A stretch of 64,000 nucleotides of DNA. Origin: Octopus bimaculoides (lineage: Eukaryota). This document shows, piece after piece, positions 12,481-24,872 of this stretch. The notes below the pieces were generated by a model. The model was not told where the DNA came from. It worked only from the letters and a program-made list of their open reading frames with translations, and searched no databases. Location: the NCBI RefSeq assembly GCF_001194135.2, contig NC_068983.1, positions 10,972,342 to 11,036,341 of the forward strand, written 5' to 3'. The number at the start of each line of letters is the position of its first letter. Within the stretch, counting starts at the first letter, position 1. The translations under genes and the position numbers were made by a program.

Positions 12481-13417
12481 CTTGGTTTGCAGTAGTAAGT
12501 AACAAAACAGTGTTGTCATCATTTACCTCAAGACCAGCCCTCATCAAACAAGATCTATGGTCAGTCTGGATATGTGGATTAAATTTATTGAATAACTTCT
12601 GTTGGTTCAGTTATTTGTATTTTCTTTTGTAAGAACTTTTTGCATTTACAAGGTTCACTTTTAAAACCCTTTAGTATTCAAACTGGTCCATATCAGGCCC
12701 AAGTACTCTACCTGTTTTATGTTCAAACTGGACCAATTTGGTGAATTTGAGGAAACGAGTAAGTATAAAGCCAACTTACCAATAATGATTAGAAATTGCT
12801 ATGAATTTGCGGATGTACTCATATCACGTGATTTTGGACCCTGTGGTAAGCACTCAGTCTTCATTTGTGAGTATTACTGCCAAGGGCTAAAAATACTCAC
12901 ATCACCATGTCACCATATGTGTGTGTGCTGTTTATATCATTATATCAGTCTGATTGATAACAAATATTTTCTCCCAGCCATTACTACCTCATAGCAGAAT
13001 GTTACTGATACGTAAGATGGGTTTTTTTTTCTACCTAACACACAAACAAAAATTGTTCCACTGACATGCAAATGTCGGAATTTTTACAAAATCTATCTCT
13101 CCTCTGCTCATGTGGACAAGAATGTATGTAAAAAGAATTTTTGCTTTTATATCTTTTTTTTTTTGTTCTGTTTTACATTCCACTCCCATCCCCCACCCAA
13201 CTCCAACAGAAAGTAAATGGATTTTGCAAAATTTCGATATTGTTTTCAAATAAACCAAGTGTCAGTGTATCTAAAATTTATTCAACTTCTTCGCATATCA
13301 ATGCCTGCATTCTGAACACATAGCATGTATGGTATTTACAGACAGAAACTCCAAATGTTTTTGTTTTAATCCCTTGGAATTTTTCCTATGTCGAGCTCTC
13401 AAAAGTTGTTTTTCTAG

Positions 13418-13586
13418 CACCCTACTTTGGTGATGCGTTCAATGTCAGTGGCAGGAAGTATAGATCATTCCAATTGGTGGAAAGTAGGTGATGCTTGCTG
13501 GCTTAGTAGACTCACCATCATCGTCATCGTCCCTCTCACTACGCCATCTCATACGTCGTCGCCATCAGGCACAGCAGCAAAGTCAG
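13418..13586 (+). CDS. Candidate internal exon of an unidentified gene (frame ambiguous)
   Basis: Acceptor gtttttctag at 13417; donors aaa|gtaggt (13484) and cag|gtatgc (13587). Open frames give PYFGDAFNVSGRKYRSFQLVE, HPTLVMRSMS...GTAAKS, or SLRHLIRRRHQAQQQSQ. CpGs are retained in an otherwise CpG-poor block. No homology recognised. Confidence 0.35.
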
Positions 13587-14479
13587 GTATGCAAGTCAAC
13601 AGCTATATATATGTGGATAGACGCCCTCAAAGGCAGTTCTTCTCAGTTTGGAATTACAAGAATGGTAACAGCATGCTAATTCTTCAAACGTATTGCATAC
13701 CAGCAGATATATTCTATAAATTGGAGCTATGCTTCAAAGAAACACGCATTCTCTAGAAGCTATTGTTCAAAAGCAATGTTCTATGATGAGAGTCTGCCAT
13801 CTGTCTAGCAAGAATTTTTTTGTTAATTATTAAAAGAAGTTGGTTTTCATTTTGTTTTTTCTCATTTTTCTTCTTTTTTTTTTTCATATTTATTTCAGCT
13901 AATTTTGTTACCTTGTCAGTAATGAGCCAACATGAGTGCTTCTATATGGTCATTTGACATACTAGAAATAATAACCAAATCCCCCTCAAATCATACTCTA
14001 CCATCTTATATTTATGAAACAAAATAAACATGCAAAATCTAATTCATGCTGACAAATTAGCCAAGTTATTAGTGCTAGATTGACTGTTGTAATATTTGTT
14101 CCAGATATGCACAAGTTCAAATCTAGCCAAGACCAACATTTGGGGGACATGCAAGTCAATAAAGTACCTGTCCAAGGCAATGGATTTATGGAATTGTTAC
14201 AATATTACTGAAGCTGCCTTGCAGTATGTATTCCAGCTTCTTGCGTTGTGGCAGCAACAACAGCATTGCCAAACTGTACTGACCCTTGCCTTTTCCTTGG
14301 GTAAACGTCAATGGCATGGAGAAGGGAGACATGCAGGTACAGACAATTATTGGTCTCCCTTAACCTTACTTAGGTAGGAGCTTTGGAAAGACAGTTTCCA
14401 GGTGCAGATCCACACTTTCACTAGACATACAAAGATCCTAGGTTGGACAAAATAATAGATGTATTTAATCATGGCTAGG

Positions 14480-14790
14480 CATAGGTGTGACTGTGTTGTA
14501 AGAAGTTAGCTTCTCAACTACAAGGTTCTGGGTTCAGTTCCACTGTGGAACCTTGGGCGAGTGTCTTCTACTATAGCCTCAGGCCTACCAAAGCTTTGTG
14601 AGTAGATTTGGTTGATGGAAACTGAAAGAAAGCCCTTGTGTGTGTGTCCGTGTCCCAAACCACCGCTTGACAACCTGTAGTTCAGTAAAAGAGATAGAAT
14701 AACATATGTCCTGGGTTTAATTTGTTCAACTAAAACCCTTCAAGTTCATGCCCCAGCATTTCCTCGGTCAAATGACTGAAACAAGTAAAA
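14480..14790 (+). mobile_element. SINE family A copy (old, internally deleted)
   Basis: gggttcagttccactgtggaaccttgggcgagtgtcttctactatagcc...gtcaaatgactgaaacaagtaaaa. Confidence 0.8.
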
Positions 14791-15021
14791 TAGAGACTAG
14801 TTATGTTTAATGGAAAATAACCTATTTACCTAAGTTTTAACATCATCTCTTTTGAAATAGTCACTTTGTGCAGCAATACACTGGTCCCAACATTCTTACC
14901 ACTTTTGGAATCTGACCAGGAAGTCATTTCCCCTAAGTGAGACGAGGACCTTCTCCAATTCGCTCTTGATCTCGACAACGGGTTAAAACGGCGACTTATA
15001 AGCTGCATTTTCATCTTGGGG
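14791..15021 (-). mobile_element. Mariner transposase 3' fragment, duplicate of 16150-16380, running into a gap
   Basis: Appears identical by eye to 16150-16380 up to the N run. Confidence 0.75.
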
Positions 15022-15905
15022 NNNNNNNNNNNNNNNNNNNNNNNNNNNNNNNNNNNNNNNNNNNNNNNNNNNNNNNNNNNNNNNNNNNNNNNNNNNNNNN
15101 NNNNNNNNNNNNNNNNNNNNNNNNNNNNNNNNNNNNNNNNNNNNNNNNNNNNNNNNNNNNNNNNNNNNNNNNNNNNNNNNNNNNNNNNNNNNNNNNNNNN
15201 NNNNNNNNNNNNNNNNNNNNNNNNNNNNNNNNNNNNNNNNNNNNNNNNNNNNNNNNNNNNNNNNNNNNNNNNNNNNNNNNNNNNNNNNNNNNNNNNNNNN
15301 NNNNNNNNNNNNNNNNNNNNNNNNNNNNNNNNNNNNNNNNNNNNNNNNNNNNNNNNNNNNNNNNNNNNNNNNNNNNNNNNNNNNNNNNNNNNNNNNNNNN
15401 NNNNNNNNNNNNNNNNNNNNNNNNNNNNNNNNNNNNNNNNNNNNNNNNNNNNNNNNNNNNNNNNNNNNNNNNNNNNNNNNNNNNNNNNNNNNNNNNNNNN
15501 NNNNNNNNNNNNNNNNNNNNNNNNNNNNNNNNNNNNNNNNNNNNNNNNNNNNNNNNNNNNNNNNNNNNNNNNNNNNNNNNNNNNNNNNNNNNNNNNNNNN
15601 NNNNNNNNNNNNNNNNNNNNNNNNNNNNNNNNNNNNNNNNNNNNNNNNNNNNNNNNNNNNNNNNNNNNNNNNNNNNNNNNNNNNNNNNNNNNNNNNNNNN
15701 NNNNNNNNNNNNNNNNNNNNNNNNNNNNNNNNNNNNNNNNNNNNNNNNNNNNNNNNNNNNNNNNNNNNNNNNNNNNNNNNNNNNNNNNNNNNNNNNNNNN
15801 NNNNNNNNNNNNNNNNNGAGCTACGCTCTTCAACAGAAAGAATACGGAGACAAGGAGAAAAACACGGAGAAAAAAAATTGAATAGTGTTCAGTCAACGGT
15901 CAATC

Positions 15906-15939
<34 letters not shown>

Positions 15940-15941
<2 letters not shown>

Positions 15942-16149
15942 TGTGTATGTTTGTGTGTCTGTGTATGTCCCCCCAACATTGCTTGACAACCGATGCTGGT
16001 GTGTTTACGTCCCCGTAACTCAGCGGTTCGGCAAGAGAGACCGATAGAATAGGTACTAGGTTTACAAAGAATAAGTCCTGGGGTCGATTTGCTCGACTAA
16101 AGGCGGTGCTCCAGCATGGCCGCAGTCAAATGACTGAAACAAGTAAAAT
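15940..16149 (+). mobile_element. SINE family A 3' half (CpG-intact)
   Basis: ccccccaacattgcttgacaaccgatgctggtgtgtttacgtccccgtaac...aaggcggtgctccagcatggccgcagtcaaatgactgaaac. Confidence 0.88.
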
Positions 16150-16432
16150 AGAGACTAGTTATGTTTAATGGAAAATAACCTATTTACCTAAGTTTTAACA
16201 TCATCTCTTTTGAAATAGTCACTTTGTGCAGCAATACACTGGTCCCAACATTCTTACCACTTTTGGAATCTGACCAGGAAGTCATTTCCCCTAAGTGAGA
16301 CGAGGACCTTCTCCAATTCGCTCTTGATCTCGACAACGGGTTAAAACGGCGACTTATAAGCTGCATTTTCATCTTGGGGATGAGATGGAAGTCCGCAGGT
16401 GCTAAATCTGGCCAATAGGGTGTATGCAGATG
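16150..16432 (-). pseudogene. Tc1/mariner (mariner-type) transposase C-terminal relic
   Basis: Translates LHTPYWPDLAPADFHLIPKMKMQLISRRFN, then after a frameshift VVEIKSELEKVLVSLRGNDFLVRFQKW*ECWDQCIAAQSDYFKRD. This matches the mariner YSPDLAPxDF motif and the WxxCIxxxGDYF end. Confidence 0.88.
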
Positions 16433-16441
16433 AGATTACGC

Positions 16442-16474
<33 letters not shown>

Positions 16475-16869
16475 CACATAGGTTTCTTTCAGTTTCTGTC
16501 TGCCAAGTCCGTTTCTAGTGCATTATACAGTCCGTCCATCTAATGGCTGAGTAGAGAAATAGGTACATGTTTTTCCCCTTGAAGTTACTTGCAGTAAACT
16601 AGCTTCCTTTGCAGGAGAATATTTCTTACATTCACTTAACTCTTTTGAAATCAAGTTGAGCACCAGCTCTATGGGCAAGATAAAGGGACGTTTTAATCTG
16701 CCTGTAGCAACAATTAATGTTGCATCTATTTTACAGTTTAAATAGTTGGCTCAAATGTCGGTGAGAGGTGAGTTCATAATGATGCGATGATCAAGTGTAT
16801 TGTTTGTATCTAGATAGTGGCATAAATATGCACACACACACACAGTTGTTGAGTCTATATGTAGATTAA

Positions 16870-17450
16870 AAAAATACATTAGAGGATGGATTGTTGGCCT
16901 TGTTTCTCCATACTGGGTAAAGCCATTTCCCTGGAAGTACCAGGGACCTGTTTTCTTTCGTATTTACTAAAGCCATCGTCTTTGCTAAGTTTGCCATAAA
17001 ATTTCTCAATTCTAGATTTAGCTTACATGCCTGGAATCTCCTCTCTAATTCCCCTATAGATTCAGTTATGAGAACTTGATCATCAGCTTATAGGAGTTCT
17101 CATGGGCTGCCAGTCTTAAGCTCCTCTGTCGTACTATGATGAATAGAAGGGAACTGAAGACGGAGCCCTGGTTGTTTTTGACACTCACTTTATGTACTAC
17201 TTCTTCGTACATGGCTTGTGGAGCTCTCACAGGAAAAATTGTCAATGCCTAGTTTCCTTGGTGACCACCAGATTACTGTACACGGTGTCCTGTCAAATGT
17301 CTTCTCCAGGTCAATGAAGGTCAGCAATAATGGTTTATTCTAAGCCAATATTTCTCTTGCGGCTATATCGCTTGGAAGATTGCCTTCTGTGGTACCTCTT
17401 CCAGGTACAAAAGCAAACTGCATCGCATATAGGTCTCTCTCGATGCAAAT
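16870..17450 (-). pseudogene. RTE-clade LINE reverse transcriptase relic
   Basis: Frames give MQFAFVPGRGTT, KPLLLTFIDLEKTFDR, VIWWSPRKLGID and ELL*ADDQVLITES (YADD), with stops and frameshifts. Confidence 0.88.
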
Positions 17451-17887
17451 CAGCACCGGTATCTCTTCAGTTATCGAGGCAATTAAAATATGCTATGAAA
17501 ATGACCGTTAAACAAAGGGAAATTATTATGTAAATGACTGTTATTAAGACAAAAGAGCTATTAGAATGACCGTTAAATAAGGGGAAAAACCAAAGGGGAG
17601 GAAGTAAAAAGTAAAGGAGTAAGAAAGATCATAGGAATCGCGCGTGCGCGCATGTACATACATACACATGCGTGCACGCACACCCAAGTACATGTGCCTA
17701 TATGCATATGTTCACTCAGACTCTGATGAAATACACACATGCACGTCTAAAAAACATATACGCGCGCGCGCACAAATTTCATATACACGTCTATATACGC
17801 ACATGCACAAGAAAAATGCAGTTCTTGTTCCATTTTTTGTTTTGTTTATTTTTATATAGACATATAGCGGCGTACGTACACTTTTGG

Positions 17888-17930
<43 letters not shown>

Positions 17931-18802
17931 NNNNNNNNNNNNNNNNNNNNNNNNNNNNNNNNNNNNNNNNNNNNNNNNNNNNNNNNNNNNNNNNNNNNNN
18001 NNNNNNNNNNNNNNNNNNNNNNNNNNNNNNNNNNNNNNNNNNNNNNNNNNNNNNNNNNNNNNNNNNNNNNNNNNNNNNNNNNNNNNNNNNNNNNNNNNNN
18101 NNNNNNNNNNNNNNNNNNNNNNNNNNNNNNNNNNNNNNNNNNNNNNNNNNNNNNNNNNNNNNNNNNNNNNNNNNNNNNNNNNNNNNNNNNNNNNNNNNNN
18201 NNNNNNNNNNNNNNNNNNNNNNNNNNNNNNNNNNNNNNNNNNNNNNNNNNNNNNNNNNNNNNNNNNNNNNNNNNNNNNNNNNNNNNNNNNNNNNNNNNNN
18301 NNNNNNNNNNNNNNNNNNNNNNNNNNNNNNNNNNNNNNNNNNNNNNNNNNNNNNNNNNNNNNNNNNNNNNNNNNNNNNNNNNNNNNNNNNNNNNNNNNNN
18401 NNNNNNNNNNNNNNNNNNNNNNNNNNNNNNNNNNNNNNNNNNNNNNNNNNNNNNNNNNNNNNNNNNNNNNNNNNNNNNNNNNNNNNNNNNNNNNNNNNNN
18501 NNNNNNNNNNNNNNNNNNNNNNNNNNNNNNNNNNNNNNNNNNNNNNNNNNNNNNNNNNNNNNNNNNNNNNNNNNNNNNNNNNNNNNNNNNNNNNNNNNNN
18601 NNNNNNNNNNNNNNNNNNNNNNNNNNNNNNNNNNNNNNNNNNNNNNNNNNNNNNNNNNNNNNNNNNNNNNNNNNNNNNNNNNNNNNNNNNNNNNNNNNNN
18701 NNNNNNNNNNNNNNNNNNNNNNNNNNNNNNNNNNNNNNNNNNNNNNNNNNNNNNNNNNNNNNNNNNNNNNNNNNNNNNNNNNNNNNNNNATATATGTATA
18801 TA

Positions 18803-18840
<38 letters not shown>

Positions 18841-19286
18841 TGTTTGTTTTTATATAGTTATAATTAGAATGTTGTGGGACGTTAATTGAAGTGTCCTTTA
18901 TTTTCAGAAAGAAAAGTGGATCGACTGATAGTGACTTCGGAGGGGTGTTTTTTTTTTCTTTTCTTTTTTTTTTTCCGGTCGTTGGCATCAACAGACTTTG
19001 TGACGAGTCAACGACCGACGAATCTTCGAAATCATCTGTTTAAACATTCACAGTACTACGTTCGTGGGCGTTCACACATTTGAGTTTTGTGCGTTGTGTG
19101 TGTTGAATGGTTAGATTCAGGCAATCGCATGCATAGTTGCGCGCATGCGCACACACATATATGTGTGTATTTATATATAATATAATATGATATATTTTAT
19201 TTGTCGGTTAACAAGGCTTGGAAGCGTAACCTTGTTAACCCACAATTGATAGCCTTCAAATGTCTAATTAAGGTAGCTTACCACAG

Positions 19287-19449
19287 AGGAAAATGTTGTC
19301 GTCACGGCTCATCTTTGTCGATCAGCTCTTTATCATCAGTGTCCACCTATTCTGATATGTTCTCTCCCCACTCACGATGGAATGTCAACTGTGTGTGTGA
19401 AGCTCACGTCGTCAACAACGACACCTTCCTCGCTTCTGTTTTACAACTG
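19287..19449 (+). CDS. Candidate exon GKCCRHGSSLSISSLSSVSTYSDMFSPHSRWNVNCVCEAHVVNNDTFLASVLQL
   Basis: Acceptor cttaccacag at 19286, donor ctg|gtatga at 19450, open frame, non-repetitive composition. No homology recognised. Confidence 0.3.
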
Positions 19450-19673
19450 GTATGATATAATGAGGCTAGCGATGATAATTACTTGTAAGTGACTCAGTTA
19501 CTGAACATGCGTGGTTGATTTAATACACACAGACACACACACACACACACATATATATGTATGTATGTATATATGTATGTATGCATGTATATATATATGT
19601 ATGTATGTGTATTTATATATATGTATATTTATATCTATCTATCTATGTATATTTGTATGTACGTATATTTATG

Positions 19674-19735
<62 letters not shown>

Positions 19736-19767
19736 TAGATATATACATATATGTATATTTATATATA

Positions 19768-20612
19768 CTAGCTGACGCACCCGGTAATTTCCGAGAGAGC
19801 GGGGCTTGTCGCTTGGTTCCGTTCTCATAAGTGTTTCGCTAATCCAATAACAGCAATACAAAGTATGTATCCCTTAAAACGGTTTTTGTGCATTTATTGA
19901 GAATACCGAACTGTCTTACATAGGATCTTGTTTTTAGGAATTCCTAGTAAATTACGAATACCGAAGTTGTGAAGTCAGTTATGTAATGACAAGAAATTAG
20001 TTACCCAATAGTCAGAATTCAAATAAAGTAGCCCTAAAATGGTCTTTAATGCGTTCCCAGAGTATATAGAACATAGGAAGAAATACTAATAAAGTATGTA
20101 TACTAAAATCGTGATGCATGTTACGTAATAGCAGGCTAATCAGATTTGAGATAATAACAATTCAAAGTAAATAGCTCTGCAAAGAGCCTTTGTGCGTTCC
20201 CAGAGAATATTACCCTCAGGGGTGCTAGTGTTGGTATATTTGTGAATAAGTCACTAACCAAAATAAGTGGATCTGTTGTTTAGGAAAATACTATTTACTT
20301 GTTCAAGGGTTGTACTGGATAAATTGCGAAAATAACTCTAACAGTTCAAATACTAAGTTTGATTTATACCAAATAATTTAGGAAAATGAATGTGTTATTT
20401 CCCTTGGCTTTTAAAATAGAATATATAAGATATATATAAGGATCCCTTCCAGGGCCCCTAATATCGTTTTTTTTTTTCAACTATCTGAGTATGCCATGAG
20501 GTTTCCAGACATGAGTTCTACTCACGTGTCAAGTTTCATCAAAATCGATAAAACGATGTAGGAGGAATTAGCTAACAACTCCACAGACAGAATTTCCCAC
20601 ATATGTAGTATA
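19768..20612 (-). mobile_element. Non-autonomous Helitron-like element inserted in (TA)n
   Basis: Left end a|ctagctgacgcacccggtaatttccg equals a CTAG|T 3' end with a nearby short hairpin on the minus strand. Right end caagtttcatcaaaatcg...acagacagaatttccc...tagtat resembles from memory the ends of Lep1-type non-autonomous Helitrons. Confidence 0.55.
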
Positions 20613-22796
20613 TATATATATATATATAAACGCACACCAAAATGAAACAAGCAAACAAAGTAAAAGTTTATTTTAGAATCTTGTTATATTTGGATATGTC
20701 TGATCATTGGCTCGAGAGCGGAGGGTGGAAGCGCACCCCGTAAAATTTGGGGAGCGTAATGAAAAACGCTTTGAACATCCTGGGTTAGACCTGGGTTTTC
20801 ACCACTTAAGTAAATTTCGTCCCCGCAAATGTGTGTCTGATCTATTTCGGATATGAATCACTGAATTTCAGAACAGGTGGACTGCAAGAAGAGGTGTCTT
20901 GGTACTTTTTGATTTGTAATATGAAGTATAGCGTCGTTTTATTTTCTCGTTAGAACACCACTGAGTGGACTATACAAACACCCAACTGATAAGCCGGCTC
21001 TTCTTTTCCCTATAAACGCTAAGTATTTGCACTTTCTTCGTCGTCAAGACCCATAACTTCCAAATGATCCTGTTCGTGCGATTGAGAAGGAGAAACAAGT
21101 AGACAGGCAGCACTGTAAAATTGACAAATGTTTCCTTATTTAACAGACGGGAATTGATTCCTGTTGGACCAAGAGAAAACTATTCCAGCTTTCGGTTTCC
21201 ATCTAGAGTTCTCCAATCATTTTGCTTTAATATTGTATCCGGTTTTGATAATGAAGGAGTAATTTGGGAAAATAAACCCAGAGATCAAATTTAATAATGA
21301 AGTCACGAAGACTAGTTTTGTTCACAGTGCTATTCCGCTGATTACTTTCCGTGGTATTTTACTTGCCCTTTACCAAAAATATGTGCCTTGTCCCGAAAGT
21401 TAGCAATTGTTATTAAGAATAATTAACTGGTAGAATCTTTACTGCTCGTCAGAATTCCGGCTGAGATCAAAATAGAGCCGAGATTGACTTTATCTTTTAT
21501 CCTTTCGAAGAAACAAACACCGTTTGAGGTCTGGGGTCGATGTAATAAACATGAAACCACTATTCTTGATCTGAGTTCAAATTCCTCCGAGACCGATTTT
21601 GCCTTTCATCCTTTCGGGGTCGATAAATTAAGTACCAGTTGTGTATGAAATAAAGCGACAGACCAGGTTGATTTGCCACAAACCTCTTAAAGGCCGATGA
21701 TGCAATTTGTGATACAAGGGTACGACCAGAGTCGCTTTCCCTTCTTTCAGGTGTTGATCTTCGGGTCGTAATATATACAACACAGTACCATTTGTTTGTA
21801 AGCGCCAAGGTGACCAGAAATGACATGTGGTCGGGAGAAGTTCGTATGGGTATGCAAGTCTTAAGGACCCTCAAAAGGCAAATTGATCCAGCTCGGAGCT
21901 CTACTCCATCGTGGATGCAGAGAGGAAAACGATTGGAAATTATGTGATGTCTCATTACGATGTGAGTTCAGGTTCCGTCGAAGTCGACTTTGCCTGTTTC
22001 TTATCTCTTCTTGTCCTTCCAGGACTTGATAAAATATGCACCAGTAATATACTGGAATTTGATTGGTCGACGATATCGTCTTCCTTCTAATTTGTGTGGT
22101 TTTGTTCCAAAGTTAGAAACCATTATTATAAGTGAACACTAGAGATTTGAATAGATACGGGAAAAACTGAAAACTCGCATGCACGCCCTCTCTCTTTCTT
22201 TCTATCTCTCTCCCTCCCTCCCTCTCTCTCTCCCTCCCTCTCTCTCTCTCTCTCTTACAAACACGCAGATATATACACGTTTGGCTGTATGTGTGTTACG
22301 TGTGTGCATATGTATGTACGCACGTAAGTCGCAACAAAGCCAAGTATCTGATACTGTATTGCAGAAAGTTTTAATCTGTTCTCACACTGTTTGTGACAAT
22401 TGCAGTATTGTGCCTCTTTTGTAGACATTAACCAAAAATGATAAGAATTCCCGCTATTCAATGTAACAACAAACAAGCAAACATCATCAACGAACCAGCC
22501 TAGTTGTGATTACCCCACCCTTTATATTTTAATGATATTTCTGTCTGTCATTTTTTCTTTTTTAACGATTATCCAGAAGAGGGGGGGGGGAGGTAGGGAA
22601 ATAATTAGCATATTTCAGGCTGAATACTTATTATCATCTCTATGTAAAAATAAGAAGGAATGTATGTAAACAAATGAGAACACAGAGAACGCAAACAATG
22701 TAATTCCGATAGGAATCGAACCGACATTTTCTGGAGTAATAATTAGATATATTATCACGATGTAACTCATTGTTCAATATTTTGTCTTGTTGGGGG

Positions 22797-22830
<34 letters not shown>

Positions 22831-22960
22831 GGTGGTGGTTTTGGTGATGATGATAATGATTAGTTTGTTTGAACAGGAGGTAAAATGGCTGAATCATTAA
22901 AGCGTCGGACAAAACGCAACGCGGTTTTTTGTTTTATTTATTCATTTTTTCTTTTACTCA

Positions 22961-23129
22961 GTTGGATTAAGATAGGCTATACTCATGGCTCATTACAGGA
23001 CTTCCGAAAGTGGAGGGATGGAGGGAGGAAGGTATCCTTTATATTGGAGGCCCAGCCGGAATACTTGCAAACAGAGTGGACATTGCTAAAGCCACCCAAA
23101 CTGCCAGCTAATGTGAAACCGGATGACGG
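22961..23129 (+). CDS. Candidate exon WIKIGYTHGSLQDFRKWRDGGRK(VSFILEAQPEYLQTEWTLLKPPKLPANVKPDD), cut by a gap
   Basis: Very strong acceptor ttttttcttttactcag at 22960; only one plus frame is open; optional donor aag|gtatcc; GC-richer than the flanks. No homology recognised. Confidence 0.35.
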
Positions 23130-23533
23130 NNNNNNNNNNNNNNNNNNNNNNNNNNNNNNNNNNNNNNNNNNNNNNNNNNNNNNNNNNNNNNNNNNNNNNN
23201 NNNNNNNNNNNNNNNNNNNNNNNNNNNNNNNNNNNNNNNNNNNNNNNNNNNNNNNNNNNNNNNNNNNNNNNNNNNNNNNNNNNNNNNNNNNNNNNNNNNN
23301 NNNNNNNNNNNNNNNNNNNNNNNNNNNNNNNNNNNNNNNNNNNNNNNNNNNNNNNNNNNNNNNNNNNNCGATCGCTGGTGAAAACGCTTTGCGATATTCG
23401 ATCTGGTTCTTTACGCCCTCAGTGCATTGGCAGTCGTAGCTGTATTTGTCTATATAGATGTATCGAATTTCTCAGTGTGTACTTTATTTTCCGGCATACA
23501 AGTCGATGTTGTATATAGTGTTAACATTAAACT

Positions 23534-23661
23534 CAGAGAACCGAGACATGCAACATAAAGAGCATTCCCTTCATCAGTTGTTCCTGTTTCATCTACTCCA
23601 CGTTGAAACAGGGACAACTGATGAAGGGAATGTTCTTTATGTTGCATGTCTCGATTCTCTG
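23534..23661. repeat. Fold-back inverted repeat, ~58-bp arms and ~12-nt loop
   Basis: cagagaaccgagacatgcaacataaagagcattcccttcatcagttgttcctgtttca pairs with tgaaacagggacaactgatgaagggaatgttctttatgttgcatgtctcgattctctg with 3 non-Watson-Crick positions. Confidence 0.92.
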
Positions 23662-24289
23662 CTTTTTTCGTTGTTCGAAAAAAGTTCGTTTTCTATGTTT
23701 TTGTTTTTATGTTTTCGTTTCTCGCTGTGTCCACGTTTTCTTGATGTCCTGTACCCATATATGCATGTATATATACATATATATGTAGGTATGTGCATAT
23801 ATGTATGTATATATGCATATATTTATATTATTATATGATTGAACGCCACGCATCCTTTTCCAAGTACATATATATATGTATATATTCCTCTTTTGTTTTT
23901 CATACATTAACTTGTGTAGGTTGAACTATGTAAAATGTTAGAGAAAGAGGCCTGGTTGTTCCTTGCTATACATACCAATGCATACATCTAAAGCAATATT
24001 TCTTTTGGGGTCCTTAAAATACTATTATAGATCACCAATTTACCCAAATATCTTATATGACCCCCTGTTGAAAACCACTGATCTAGAGGGCTGAAGAAGT
24101 GTGTATATGGTAAAATACAAAGTTTGTTTTCCTTCGGTTTTCTCCCCTTTATTTCTAATTTGCGTTGAACAGGCTTTATAAAACAGTGTTAACACACGCG
24201 CGCATGGATGCGCGCGCGGACACACACACACACACAATTGTCCTTATATTACAAGTAACTTGATCTGAAATCGTGTGATGAAACTGAAG

Positions 24290-24680
24290 CAATTACACAG
24301 CGGAAATACTGGTTGAGAAGTTCGCTTTACAACCACGTGGTTTCACGTTGAGCCCCACTGCACAGCACCTTGGGCAAGTGTTCTCTATTATTGCTCCGAG
24401 CCGACAACTGTTTTGCAAGTGAATTTGGTAGACAGACACTATGTTGGAACCTGTCATACACACACACACACATGTATGTATATATGTGTTTCCCATTACC
24501 GTTTGACATCCGGTGCTGGTTTGTTTACATTGCTGTAACTAAGTGGTTTGGCAAAGAGACCAATACAGTAAGTACCAAACTTGAAAAATAAGTACTGGGA
24601 TCAATTTGTTCGACTAAACATTTCTGGGTAGTTCCCCAGCATGGGCTGCAGTCCAATGACTGAAACAAGTAAAAGAACTT
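24290..24680 (+). mobile_element. SINE family A copy
   Basis: ccactgcacagcaccttgggcaagtg...gaatttggtagacagac...gcagtccaatgactgaaacaagtaaaaga. Confidence 0.8.
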
Positions 24681-24872
24681 AGTTATTTTCACTTTGATTT
24701 CGTGCTATTGCTTAATACATAATAGGAAAAAGGTTTCTTCGTAACGTCTACAATCTGGCCACTACCTATTATTATAAACATATCGAGGTCAAACAATAGT
24801 ATCGGAGCAAACTAGCGAAGGAGCCACCTGCCATACGCACATTAAACATTAGATTTTTCCTCTCCTGCTCTT

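Noticed and set aside
12675-12758. Apparent exon FKLVHIRPKYSTCFMFKLDQFGEFEET with a strong donor
   Set aside because: Its first ~60 nt are a fragment of the piggyBac-type MITE family seen at 3848-4083.
14826-18991. Long ORFs in the supplied track (also 22885-23518, 30001-30558, 42940-43687, 47910-48529)
   Set aside because: They run through N gaps and microsatellites and are artefacts.
19206-19240. 11-bp inverted repeat ggttaacaagg/ccttgttaacc
   Set aside because: Too short, no TSD, and plausible by chance in AT-rich DNA.
21751-21849. Possible 99-nt exon VDLRVVIYTTQYHLFVSAKVTRNDMWSGEVRM
   Set aside because: It sits between SINE C fragments, has competing donors and cannot be linked reliably to neighbours.
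23600-23640. CTGATGA and GAAAC inside the 23.5-kb hairpin as a hammerhead
   Set aside because: Order and spacing cannot form stems II and III; the bases are locked in the long stem.
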